Shown: positions 30,919 through 40,426, numbered from the stretch's first letter. The stretch is DNA of 64,000 nt from an uncultured Hyphomicrobiaceae bacterium (GCA_964461525.1 CAYWUX010000014.1:9028-73027), one strand, 5' to 3'. The notes: a model not told the origin generated them from the letters alone. Program-made: numbers and translations.

Positions 30919-31086
30919 ATGAAGTTTTGTTCTAAATTTTTAAAAGACCATTCCGGCGCAACCGCGATAGAATATGGCCTGATCGCTGCGGGCATTTCTA
31001 CTGCGATTATTGTCAGTGTGTACACATTGGGCCCCACTCTCGACGGCACGCTCAGCTTTGTAAATACAGAGATGAACTCGCAGTAA
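30919..31086 (+). CDS. flp: Flp/Fap type IVb pilin
   Basis: 'KFLKDHSGATAIEYGLIAAGIS' prepilin motif G|ATAIEY; 55 aa from ATG 30919. Confidence 0.93.
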   Translation: MKFCSKFLKDHSGATAIEYGLIAAGISTAIIVSVYTLGPTLDGTLSFVNTEMNSQ

Positions 31087-31119
31087 TCTCCCTACCAGCT
31101 TATCAATTGGGAGTTGTAG

Positions 31120-31156
31120 AAATGGCTCTTGCCGAGTGGCGGGGGCCATTTTTTAT
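31120..31156 (+). terminator. Rho-independent terminator after the pilin gene
   Basis: AAATGGCTCTTGCC-GAGT-GGCGGGGGCCATTT stem followed by a T-run. Confidence 0.8.
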
Positions 31157-31457
31157 TGTGAAAGGTAATACATTCAGATGAAGCGTAATATGGAATGATT
31201 GTTCTCGAACATTACTTTTGCAGGCTTATTCACTCCATCCACAGCTTTCGTTTGAAATAACACATGCAAATCAGATAAGGGGATCTGATGAGGTGATTCG
31301 ATCGTTAACCAGGATTGCTATGATTTGACTGACGATCGAATTGTTGGTGGTGTTTTGGATCGGTTCCATTTATGTCCAGGAGGTTTTAAAACCAAACGAC
31401 CAGTGATGACAAGGACAAGCACTGACTTATTTCTGCAAGATTAAGCTTTTTGATTTT

Positions 31458-32393
31458 ATGAAAATATCCCGCATATTGCTGTTCTCGCTGATGGTCAGTC
31501 CCATTTTGATTTTTTTATTTTGGCCAGCCTTCGAGGAAAAACGAATAGCACTTGTACTGGGTAATTCAGACTATACTCATTCTTATCCCATCGGTACTGC
31601 AACAAACAATGCGAAGGCAGTAAGCCGTTCACTTAGACGTCTCGGGTTTGACGTAATTGTGGGAACTAATCTTTCACGCTCCGCAATTGAATCCTCAATC
31701 CAGAAATTTGCCTCGCAATTAAACGACGCAGATGTCGCACTGTTGTATTATTCAGGCTATGTCTATCAAGAGTCCGGGCGAACCTATATTGCACCTATAG
31801 AGGCAAAGCCATCAAAGCCTTACCAACTTGAATTCCAGACCATAGAAATGCGATCCCTTCTCATTCAAATGGCAAATTCGACACGTTCAAATTTGGTCCT
31901 TTTTGATGCCTGCCGGGCTATCCTCTCGTCCACCCCTGAAAGCGCGTTAAGTAAATGTTTGCCGATGACACGCATTCCCATTCAGAAGCGGGTGATAATT
32001 TCTTATCCAACGAAGTTGCCCGTTGCCTTGGCTACCATGCAGCGCGGGAAAAGCAAATTTACAAAATCGTTCCTGGATAATATGGACAGAGTAACCGAGA
32101 ATAATAAGCAGGCTTTATTTTATAACGCTATGTTGGAAGAGGTTTCATCCGATCAATCGGGAATTTTATTGACAACTTCCCAAACCGGCCCAGATTTAAT
32201 TGGTAAGCCTGCTTTAGTGCCTGAGGAGAAAACTAGCCAGACCAATTTGCCAGCTATCTCTTCAGACGATCAAACTGAAAAACAATTTGATTATAAATCA
32301 GGATCCACTAAGAAGCGCAAAATCACAAATCGTGTCACTAGAGAAAGTTGGAAAAAACGAAAACTACGTCAAATGCTAGAATCAATCGATTGA
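31458..32393 (+). CDS. Membrane-anchored caspase-like (peptidase C14) protein, catalytic His replaced by Tyr
   Basis: 'RIALVLGNSDY', 'LRRLGFDV', 'VALLYYSGY' (normally SGHG), 'LFDACR'; N-terminal TM helix. Confidence 0.85.
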   Translation: MKISRILLFSLMVSPILIFLFWPAFEEKRIALVLGNSDYTHSYPIGTATNNAKAVSRSLRRLGFDVIVGTNLSRSAIESSIQKFASQLNDADVALLYYSGYVYQESGRTYIAPIEAKPSKPYQLEFQTIEMRSLLIQMANSTRSNLVLFDACRAILSSTPESALSKCLPMTRIPIQKRVIISYPTKLPVALATMQRGKSKFTKSFLDNMDRVTENNKQALFYNAMLEEVSSDQSGILLTTSQTGPDLIGKPALVPEEKTSQTNLPAISSDDQTEKQFDYKSGSTKKRKITNRVTRESWKKRKLRQMLESID

Positions 32394-32491
32394 ACACAAT
32401 ATTCCAGAAATTTCCAACGCGGTAGCTCAACACGGTATAGCCTTAAGGGGCAGGGCTTGTTCGATTTAAATAAGGGGCTATGACATCACAA

Positions 32492-32519
32492 ATGACCGGT
32501 CTTGGCTATTAGCAGTCAT
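32492..32519. repeat. Short REP-like palindrome (ATGACCG...CAGTCAT)
   Basis: Imperfect inverted repeat just downstream of the cyclase gene; similar to elements at 54299 and 55768. Confidence 0.5.
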
Positions 32520-32566
32520 AAAGCTCACTTTACAAATCATTGCACAATATTTCCTACTTGGATAGA

Positions 32567-34327
32567 TCACTCTGGCACGCCTACCTTACGCAAGGCTTCG
32601 ATAATGCGATCTCGGTAGGTCTCAGACGATAAGCCGAAAGCATCATTTCCGGCACGCGTTAGACTGAACCCGGGATCAAATTCGACTAGGCGCTGAGCAA
32701 TTTTGCGGGCGTCGTCGAAGCGTCCAAGTTCGACAAGCGATGTCACCCAGGTGGATAACATCGGCACCCCGAGTGGACCCCCGTGAGCAACATTGCGCTC
32801 GAATGTGTCGCTCGCTTCCTGGTATCGTCCGGCGACAAAGCACGCCCGCCCCAGAGAATTAAGGTAAGGACCGGCGACATTTTGTGGATTGAGCCGTAAT
32901 CCCGTGAGAATGCTGTCGCGCGCCTCTTCGCCTTGACCCGCGCGTAACAGGCAGTTCGTCAGGAAAAGGTAGCTGTCTGCGTCTCCCGGCTGCAATTCGA
33001 CGGCGCGGCGCGCGGCGGCAATCGCTTCGTTATCTTGACGCGCGACCGAATAGGCATAGCCCAATGCCGAATGGGACAATGCAAATGCGTCATCTTTGGT
33101 TACCGCCTGCTCGGCAAACTCGAGCGCAAGGCGCACATCCTGTTCCGGATTATCGCTGTGGCCAAACATCACAGCCATCGAATGGGTGATTGATTTGCCA
33201 GCGTAGCCTCCCGCGAAACTCGGATCGATATCGATGACGTGCCCATAAGTTCCACGCGCGGTCAGGATATTGGCCCATGTGGGCGGGTAGAACGTCATCC
33301 GAGCGCGTAGATAGAGATCATAAGCTTCCGGGATTTGGGTGGGAGCGTGAGCGAGCTGTTCCGCTTCTCCAGGTTTGAGTGTTACAGCCAGCGCCCCGGC
33401 AACCTGGCGAGCGACATCGTCTTGAACAGCAAAGATGTCTTCGAGATCGCGGTCATAGCGCTCGGCCCACACGTGATGATCGCTGGTCGCGTCGATCAAC
33501 TGCGCAGTGATGCGCAATCGGTTTTGCGCCTTGCGTACGCTGCCCTCGAGCACATATCTAACACCAAGATCGCGGCCGACCTGCATGAGCGTCACCGATC
33601 GTCCTTTGTAGATAAACGATGAATGCCGGGCAATGACAAATAGGCCTGAAATTTTTGCGAGTTCCGTGATGATATCCTCAGTGATACCGTCCGAAAAATA
33701 TTCCTGGTCAGGGTCACCGCTGAGGTTGTCGAAAGGGAGAACGGCTATCGACGGTTTCTCGGGCAACGGATGGGTGCCTTCCGAACCTGATTTTTGAGTC
33801 ATTGGAGCATCGCGCCGGACTTTAAAAGCATGGACGGGCGGACCAATATTTTTGACCCGCTGAGGTCCAAGATCATCGAATGATAGATCAACCTTGGATC
33901 TAATGCTCTGATGGACGATATCAGAGATACAGATGCCTCCGGCATCCGCCAGGCTTTCCAGTCGTGCGGCCACATTGACGCCATCTCCGAAGATGTCATC
34001 GCCTTTAATAATTACATCTCCAAGGTTAATACCGATCCGAAACTGAATTCGGCGATGCTGTGGCACCTCCGCATTCCTTTCCTCGATTGCGTGCTGAATG
34101 GCAGCGGCGCAACGAACAGCATCTATTACGCTAGCAAACTCCGCCAGAAGTCCGTCGCCCATGGATTTGAAAATGCGGCCCCGGTACTCGGCAACGCATG
34201 GATCGACTGTATCATTAAGATACAAAGTAAGTGAAGCAAGGGTTCCTTCCTCATCTTCACCCATCAGTCGGGAATATCCGACAACATCTGCCGCGAGAAT
34301 AGCAGCCAGCCTGCGTTGTTGATTCAT
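32567..34327 (-). CDS. Class III adenylate cyclase with TolB-like and TPR domains
   Basis: 'AADVVGYS', 'KSMGDG', 'DIFGDGVNVAAR'; 'PSIAVLPFDNLSGDPDQEYFSDGITEDII'; TPR-like C-terminus. Confidence 0.93.
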   Translation of the reverse strand: MNQQRRLAAILAADVVGYSRLMGEDEEGTLASLTLYLNDTVDPCVAEYRGRIFKSMGDGLLAEFASVIDAVRCAAAIQHAIEERNAEVPQHRRIQFRIGINLGDVIIKGDDIFGDGVNVAARLESLADAGGICISDIVHQSIRSKVDLSFDDLGPQRVKNIGPPVHAFKVRRDAPMTQKSGSEGTHPLPEKPSIAVLPFDNLSGDPDQEYFSDGITEDIITELAKISGLFVIARHSSFIYKGRSVTLMQVGRDLGVRYVLEGSVRKAQNRLRITAQLIDATSDHHVWAERYDRDLEDIFAVQDDVARQVAGALAVTLKPGEAEQLAHAPTQIPEAYDLYLRARMTFYPPTWANILTARGTYGHVIDIDPSFAGGYAGKSITHSMAVMFGHSDNPEQDVRLALEFAEQAVTKDDAFALSHSALGYAYSVARQDNEAIAAARRAVELQPGDADSYLFLTNCLLRAGQGEEARDSILTGLRLNPQNVAGPYLNSLGRACFVAGRYQEASDTFERNVAHGGPLGVPMLSTWVTSLVELGRFDDARKIAQRLVEFDPGFSLTRAGNDAFGLSSETYRDRIIEALRKVGVPE

Positions 34328-34418
34328 CTCAAAATTTTCTAATTAATCATAGCGAATAGTTTGAAAATAGCACAAGTTGCTCATCAGGTTAATCCCACAA
34401 AATGTCCGAATCGGGCGG

Positions 34419-34517
34419 GTCCGCAGGATTGACCATTTTCTCGACCTGAGTTGGGTTCACAAGGAACTTGAGCCCTTCTACAGCCATGCCGGACGGCCCT
34501 CCATTGATCCTGAACTG
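34419..34517 (+). mobile_element. IS1182-family transposase N-terminal fragment
   Basis: 'VRRIDHFLDLSWVHKELEPFYSHAGRPSIDPEL' (DUF772-type GRPSIDP motif); similarity ends abruptly. Confidence 0.8.
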
Positions 34518-34777
34518 AGCCTTTTGAGGTCGATTGAGATTTCAAGAGAGCTCGCCTCAACTTATGAGCAAATAATGATATTTTTTGAAACAAGCAGCAG
34601 TGTCACTGAGAGTTATTAAAGTGGTGTTAGTGCAAACAGTCGATAAGATGATGAGAACGAATCCTGCAAAACTTTTAGGGCTAAACTAGAACCTGCTACG
34701 TTTTGCATACGAGGATTGATTATCGCTATGCTCTTATGTCTTTGCTGCTACCGCCTAGAACCTGAAGAACGTCAAAA

Positions 34778-34811
34778 GGCAGATCAAGAAATTTTAGTGG
34801 CTTGATCTGCC
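34778..34811. repeat. 11-bp perfect inverted repeat GGCAGATCAAG-N12-CTTGATCTGCC
   Basis: Read directly; intergenic, about 280 bp upstream of the monooxygenase. Confidence 0.7.
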
Positions 34812-35094
34812 AACCAAAGAACCGATCTAATGCCGAAAGCATCGGCTAGCTCGGCAGTCCAACGCCCAAATGTTCTGGTCAACGCCACGACATTACTGAG
34901 CGGACAAGACTCTTTGAAGCATTGCCGTAAATGTCCGGAAACGGGGACAAGGCAGAAAGTTATCGACCTAAAACCAGACTAACCAGAATAGTATTTGTAA
35001 ACTTTCTGACTCGTTGGGTTTTGGTTGTTTTACCGGTGCCATCTGCTACACTCGCAAGTATGCAGACAGGTCGGTTACGCGGAGGGCTGAAGAC

Positions 35095-36180
35095 ATGTCA
35101 AAACACAACACAATCATCGCTCGTGCGCTTAAATTCGCTGAAGACAATAGTATAAGGATACCAATTCTCTTGGCTCCGATGGCAGGCGCGTGCCCGGTTT
35201 CTCTCTCAATTGCTGTTGCCAATGGTGGAGGTATGGGTTCATGTGGTGCTTTGTTGATGTCGCCGGAAACAATTTCAAGCTGGGTTGAGGAAATGCGCGC
35301 GGGTTCCAATGGCGCATTCCAACTCAATACCTGGATACCCGACCCAGAACCTGTTCGTAATTTGGAACACGAGACCGCGGTTCGTGCCTTTCTTTCACAA
35401 TGGGGACCGGAAGTGCCGGTAGAAGCCGCCGACAACGCCCCTCCAGATTTTCAGGCTCAATGTGAGGCAATGCTTTCCGCTGGCCCTCATGTGATCTCTT
35501 CAATTATGGGTCTTTACCCACCTGAATTCGTCGAACGCATGAAGTCCAGAAACATTAAGTGGTACGCAACTGTTACTACAGTTACAGAGGCGCTCGCAGC
35601 CGAAGCTGCCGGAGCTGACGTCGTAATTGCTCAAGGGATGGAAGCAGGAGGTCATAGAGGTGCCTTCGAAGCTTCCGAAGCCAGCACAACCATGATTGGA
35701 CTATTTGCACTTCTGCCAGCGGTCGTCGATGCAGTAAATATCCCGGTCGTTGCGACCGGTGGAATAGCGGACGCAAGAGGTGTAGCCGCTGCCCTTCTCC
35801 TCGGAGCCTCCGCTGTTCAGATTGGTACTGGCTTTCTTCGGACTCCAGAAGCGAAGATTTCGTCTGCCTGGGCGGATGCAATCGCTTCGGCGTCACCAGA
35901 AGGGACAATTGCTACGCGAGCTTTCTCTGGTCGGCTAGGCCGTAGTATTCGCACGGCCTACGCTACAGCAGCCGGTATGAAAGATGCACCGGAACCAGCA
36001 CCTTATCCGATCCAAAGGTATCTAACCCAGCCGATGCGAGATGCCGCGACAAAATCTGGAAATATAGACGGCATTCAAGCATGGGCAGGGCAATCAGCAG
36101 GTCTTGCTCTCGCTGCCTCTGCAAGCGAAGTTGTGGAGTCCCTTTGGATTGAAGCACAAGCGCTACTTAACCAGGATTGA
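35095..36180 (+). CDS. Nitronate monooxygenase family (FMN-dependent)
   Basis: 'PILLAPMAG', 'QGMEAGGHRG', 'ATGGIADARG', 'AVQIGTGFL', 'WAGQSA'; GGAGG RBS before ATG 35095. Confidence 0.92.
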   Translation: MSKHNTIIARALKFAEDNSIRIPILLAPMAGACPVSLSIAVANGGGMGSCGALLMSPETISSWVEEMRAGSNGAFQLNTWIPDPEPVRNLEHETAVRAFLSQWGPEVPVEAADNAPPDFQAQCEAMLSAGPHVISSIMGLYPPEFVERMKSRNIKWYATVTTVTEALAAEAAGADVVIAQGMEAGGHRGAFEASEASTTMIGLFALLPAVVDAVNIPVVATGGIADARGVAAALLLGASAVQIGTGFLRTPEAKISSAWADAIASASPEGTIATRAFSGRLGRSIRTAYATAAGMKDAPEPAPYPIQRYLTQPMRDAATKSGNIDGIQAWAGQSAGLALAASASEVVESLWIEAQALLNQD

Positions 36181-36421
36181 GCTCACATATCCAGAGATGT
36201 TGACTACAGACTCACGTAGAACTTGTTTGTCATCAGACGACGGTAGCTGTTCAATTAGATTTTCTATTTGAGAACCAGAACCAAGGAAACGTTCGTAAAG
36301 TGGCGGAAGTCGTGAGGTCTCAAGTTCTATTGCAGCCTGATTTAGCAGACCAGCGGCAAGGTTGATTTCTGCTCGAATTGTTAATAACGCATGTAAAGTG
36401 TTTAATCCAACTTCCACTAGA

Positions 36422-36526
36422 TCAGTTATAGCCGTTGCGCTGGAATCGGCTCGGTTCATCGATGGCTGCCATAAAAGCCAGGGCCGTGATCGGGCCGACT
36501 CCGGGAATCGTCATAAAAACACGTAC
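36422..36526 (-). mobile_element. IS110-family transposase fragment
   Basis: 'VRVFMTIPGVGPITALAFMAAIDEPSRF' is the HhH-like motif of IS110/IS116/IS902 transposases. Confidence 0.8.
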
Positions 36527-36611
36527 CTGTTTTTTTAGTACAATCATTTTGACTTCACGAGAAAACGAACAATCGCAATTGAAACCAAAGATTCAAAGGC
36601 ACGGTTCTCTT

Positions 36612-37469
36612 CTATTTAATGGCGCCGACGGTAAAGCCCTTGACGAAGCGGTCGACGAAGAAGTTGTAGACAATGGCGATTGGCACGCTGGTGATTACAC
36701 ACGCCCCCATCAGAGAGCCCCAGAAATAGACGTCGCCGCGGACCAGGAAGGTCGGCACTCCGACGCTGATGGTCAGCCGCGACGAAGCCGTTATGAACGT
36801 CAAAGCGTAAATGAATTCCTGTATCACCAGTGTGAATGCGAAAATGACTACGGTCAAGATACCGGCGGTGGAGACAGGCACCACAACGCGAAAGAAGGCG
36901 CCGAAGCGGCTCAAACCGTCTATCATAGCCGCTTCCTCCAGATCTCGCGGGATTGCCTTGAAGAAACCCATCAACAGCCAGGTGCAAAACGGCACCGCGA
37001 AGCTGGGATACACCAGGACTAAGGCCCAAAGCGAATCCTGCAGCCCAAGATTTCCGACGACGCGTGAGAAGGGGATGAAAAGAATGGTCGGCGGGATCAA
37101 GTAGGTGAGAAAGATACCGATGGCCAACCGTTGTGCCCACTTCCCCGACAGTCTTGCCAGGCTGTATCCGGCGGGCACCGCCAGCAGCAACGTAATGACG
37201 ACCACAATCACGCCAACCCAGGCCGTGTTCCAGATCCACTGCGGATATTGGGTGTCAAAAAACAACACCCGCAGATTGTCCAATGTCGGCGGCTCGTTAT
37301 AAATGAACGGGTTGCTCTCGGTGTTCAAGAGATCTCTGGTCTCTTTAAAAGTGGTGATCGTCATCCAGAAGAAGGGGAATGAAGCAAATAAAACGAAGAC
37401 GGCAATAATGGCGAAATGGGCGACCTTTTTGGCCCAGTTCATGAGGCGGATGGAGAAAGGATAAGCCAT
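36612..37469 (-). CDS. Carbohydrate ABC transporter permease (MalG-type)
   Basis: EAA motif 'PRDLEEAAMIDG', six TM helices; visibly GC-richer than the flanks. Confidence 0.92.
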   Translation of the reverse strand: MAYPFSIRLMNWAKKVAHFAIIAVFVLFASFPFFWMTITTFKETRDLLNTESNPFIYNEPPTLDNLRVLFFDTQYPQWIWNTAWVGVIVVVITLLLAVPAGYSLARLSGKWAQRLAIGIFLTYLIPPTILFIPFSRVVGNLGLQDSLWALVLVYPSFAVPFCTWLLMGFFKAIPRDLEEAAMIDGLSRFGAFFRVVVPVSTAGILTVVIFAFTLVIQEFIYALTFITASSRLTISVGVPTFLVRGDVYFWGSLMGACVITSVPIAIVYNFFVDRFVKGFTVGAIK

Positions 37470-37470
37470 T

Positions 37471-37963
37471 TTATGTCACTTCCGCGCGCCGGGCGATCTT
37501 CAGGAACCCGATGGCCACTGCTACCAAGATCGGGAACAGGAACAACGCCGTCGCAGCACCTTCGGCCAGATCGCCGCCTTCAATACCGGTGAAAAAGGCC
37601 TGGCTCGCCAGTACGTGCGTAGAATCATACGGCCCCCCACGGGTCAGCACGAAGACAACGATCATATCGGTGGACGTGAACACGATGCCGAACAGCATCG
37701 CCACCATCAAGATCGGCAGCACTAAAGGAATGGTGATTTGGAACAAACGACGCCAGAACCCAGCGCCGTCGATTTGAGCGGCATCTTGGATATCCTGGGG
37801 GATTGAGCTCAATCCCGCAAGGATGATTATTGTGGCCAGCGGCAACAACCGCCAGACGTGAACGGTGATAATGGACGCCATGGCCAAATCCGGTTGGCCG
37901 AGCCAGATGGGCCAAAAACCGGGCTCGAAGAGACCAATGGCGCGGGCCGACCAGTTGATGACG
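37471..37963 (-). pseudogene. 5'-truncated carbohydrate ABC permease (MalF-type)
   Basis: 'IYSVINWSARAIG...WLGQPDLAMASII...IPQDIQDAAQIDGAG'; N-terminal half missing, fused to the SBP fragment. Confidence 0.85.
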
Positions 37964-38347
37964 CTATAGATTGAATTTTTTAGTTTTTGGATTGTAGGTG
38001 CTCTTAATTGCTAGATCAATCGGCTTGCCCCATTTGCGTTCTACCTCTTGGTAAATCTCTGCGTGATCAATGACCTGGTCCTCGTAAACCGGCGGTGGCC
38101 AGTTGAACATGAACATGTCGTGGCCTTTTTTTGCCGAAACCTCAGCAGCCGCTCGTGCGTTAATCTGCGCAATGCTGATATTATCGACAATCACCTCGGT
38201 ATCGTTCTGCTTGCCCCATTCCTTGACGTAGGTGTCATTGAACCACTTGTCGTAGCGCGGAACGAAGTGTACCCATTGCAAAATCTTTAGTGTCTTGGCC
38301 GCCTTGGCAGGACGCGGAATGAAGAAAGGACCCGCGCTTGCTGCCAA
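37964..38347 (-). pseudogene. 3'-truncated sugar-binding protein (N-terminal third only)
   Basis: 'KTLKILQWVHFVPRYDKWF...KEWG...AAEVSAKKGHDM...STYNPKTKKF' then stop; signal region disrupted. Confidence 0.8.
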
Positions 38348-38429
38348 GCCAAGGGCCCGAACCCGGAATTACACCATGTTGTAAAGCTCTTCCGTTGAAC
38401 AGCTCGTTGTCCTTATGACATACGGTCCT

Positions 38430-38650
38430 GTCTTGCTGACCGGCGCGAGCGGGCAAAGGCGTCTGTCGTGCTCTCAGCCCGGACAAAGTCCCGCACCTCT
38501 TCATCCATGTCGCGTGTCAGTTTCCTTACCTCGGCCGTAGTGCATTTGGGTTTCAGGGGACAGGATCGACAATCAGACTTTTTCGCCCGGTAATAAAGAA
38601 TACGGCCCTGATCAATATGGCCTGTCGTGGTGAGAACTTTCCCCTCGCAC
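38430..38650 (-). mobile_element. IS1182-family transposase C-terminal fragment
   Basis: 'GKVLTTTG...YRAKKSDCRSCPLKPKCT...RKLTRDMDEEVRD...FARSRR' (DDE_Tnp_1_6-type). Confidence 0.82.
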
Positions 38651-38656
38651 CTGTCC

Positions 38657-38924
38657 GTTAAAAATGTCACACTCATTGGTGATGCAGCTCATCCTATTTT
38701 GCCATTTCTAGGATGCAGCTGCGATAACAGATGCACTCCTTGAAGCGAAAGGAGTGTTTAATTTAGCTTGGAATATTTATCAGAAAATGCGACGAGAAAG
38801 AACTTTACGTGTTCAAGCAGCTTCGCGGCGGAATGGAGAAATCTATAATATGCCTGCACCCGCCAGATGGATAACGAACGATTTAGCTAATCGGTTCGGC
38901 TGGCTTTTTGATTATGGACAATAA
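38657..38924 (+). pseudogene. C-terminal fragment of an FAD-dependent aromatic monooxygenase (salicylate/3-hydroxybenzoate hydroxylase type)
   Basis: 'NVTLIGDAAHPILPFLG', then in a shifted frame 'DAAAI...YQKMRRERTLRVQAASRRNGEIYNM...WLFDY*'; the QGAAMAIE segment is deleted. Confidence 0.78.
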
Positions 38925-38956
38925 TCCGATAATAAATTTTATCGAGACTGCAACAT

Positions 38957-39169
38957 CTATTCACGCGTAATCTCGATATATCTCTCAAACCTATCAGTTC
39001 TGATTACAATTAGGTTGCAATTACGTACATCTGCAAACTGACAATTTGAACATTTATCAAACTTTGTTGATCCATAATTTTCTCTCAACAGTTCATAGCA
39101 CTTCAAGCAGTTCTCCGGATAGTGTTCACCAGGGAAACTCATAACCTCAACCGTATCAGTCTTGGTCAT
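38957..39169 (-). CDS. 70-aa Cys-rich protein (CxxC...CxxC...C)
   Basis: AGGAGG RBS 7 nt upstream; CLKC, CSNC and one further Cys; lies downstream of the nar operon on the same strand. Confidence 0.65.
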   Translation of the reverse strand: MTKTDTVEVMSFPGEHYPENCLKCYELLRENYGSTKFDKCSNCQFADVRNCNLIVIRTDRFERYIEITRE

Positions 39170-39305
39170 AACTGGTCCCTCCTATTTTCCTTGACGATTA
39201 CAGTGTTTAGGTGATTCGCGAACTAGACCAAGAAGCTATAGTGTCGCACCTAACATTGACTGCAGTTTTGATCTCTGCAGCGGAAGCTATCATCGCTGTG
39301 CCCCG

Positions 39306-39581
39306 TTACTTAGGAAACACCTCCTCCAGTATGTGTTTAAGGGCAACACTTCCCGGGTCGTCAGCACTGTTCAACTTACTCATAAGCTGAGCCCAACTGT
39401 CGGGATTAGCATTTGATGAAAAAGTATTGATCGCCTTTATGATTGTCTCGCCGAGGGTTAAACCATGGTCCTCAGCAACTAAATTCAGCCGTGCAAGAAC
39501 TGAAAGATCCTGCAAATCAATAAGTGTTTGCAAAGCAACCATCTCATCTGAGAGCTGATCTATGAGTGTGCCAAGCAACAT
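39306..39581 (-). CDS. Conserved hypothetical protein at the end of alphaproteobacterial nar operons
   Basis: 'MLLGTLIDQLSDE...DLQDLSVLARL...SWAQLMSKLNSADDPG'; ATG 39581 with AAGG RBS, 11 bp after the PPIase stop. Confidence 0.72.
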   Translation of the reverse strand: MLLGTLIDQLSDEMVALQTLIDLQDLSVLARLNLVAEDHGLTLGETIIKAINTFSSNANPDSWAQLMSKLNSADDPGSVALKHILEEVFPK

Positions 39582-39592
39582 GCTTGCTACCT

Positions 39593-40426
39593 TTAGTAAA
39601 CACGCAAATCTCGGGCGTTGGGCATCTCTATTCCACAAACTTCTGCAGCCGATAGTAATCGCGCAATATATTGTGCAATAGCTATACGCTTTACACGATC
39701 GCGCAGATAAGTGGAAATGTGGTTCTGCACAGCGTCGAAAGGAAGCGGTCTACTTTCTATACGCTGGTGTAAGTAGATTATGTGGAAACCGTACGCACTC
39801 TCTAGTGGCTCACTGCTCATATTACCAGGAGTCATAGCACTTAGCTCGGACTCGAACTCAGATGTTGTTTGACCGGGAAGGAGCTGACCGAGATTGCCAC
39901 CTTGGCGGGCTGACGGGCAATCAGATAATTTTCGGGCCCAGTTCTCAAACTCGCTTGGAGCTTCTCTCAGTATTTTGATTAAATTCATGGCTTCCGAACG
40001 ACGGGCAGCATAAGTTTTAACGTCAGATTTCGAGGCTTTGAAAAGAATATGTGAGGCCTCAAACACAGGCTGAGAGCGAAACCGGTCTTTATTTTTTTCG
40101 TAATATCGCTGGCATGACTGCTGGTCCGGCCTTGGTGTTTTAAGCTCCTGCTCAATCAACTGGCGAATTATGGCCTCATCCTCGGTTTCGCGTAGCCCTT
40201 GGTCATCGACTGCGGGTTCAGCCACTATATTTTTTTGCTTGGCTTCCTGTAACAATACTAAGCGAACTGCCAATGCAAACGCTGCAGCCTTCCAGGCCTG
40301 CAGCGGAGTAGAGGCCGGATGAAATTGAACTTCTCGTGCAATTTCGTCGTAAGGGATCTCTATCCCATTCACACAGACAGGCTCCCGAGGCACTTGCCGA
40401 AGTTCATTAATGGGCGAACAAATCAT
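39593..40426 (-). CDS. PpiC/NifM-type peptidyl-prolyl isomerase, nar-associated
   Basis: 'EASHILF', 'ARKLSDCPSARQGGNLG', 'ESAYGFHII'; ATG overlaps the narI stop. Confidence 0.92.
   Translation of the reverse strand: MICSPINELRQVPREPVCVNGIEIPYDEIAREVQFHPASTPLQAWKAAAFALAVRLVLLQEAKQKNIVAEPAVDDQGLRETEDEAIIRQLIEQELKTPRPDQQSCQRYYEKNKDRFRSQPVFEASHILFKASKSDVKTYAARRSEAMNLIKILREAPSEFENWARKLSDCPSARQGGNLGQLLPGQTTSEFESELSAMTPGNMSSEPLESAYGFHIIYLHQRIESRPLPFDAVQNHISTYLRDRVKRIAIAQYIARLLSAAEVCGIEMPNARDLRVY

Noticed and set aside
36163-36459. 98-aa minus-strand ORF
   Set aside because: Starts inside the IS110 fragment, overlaps the monooxygenase end, no recognisable family
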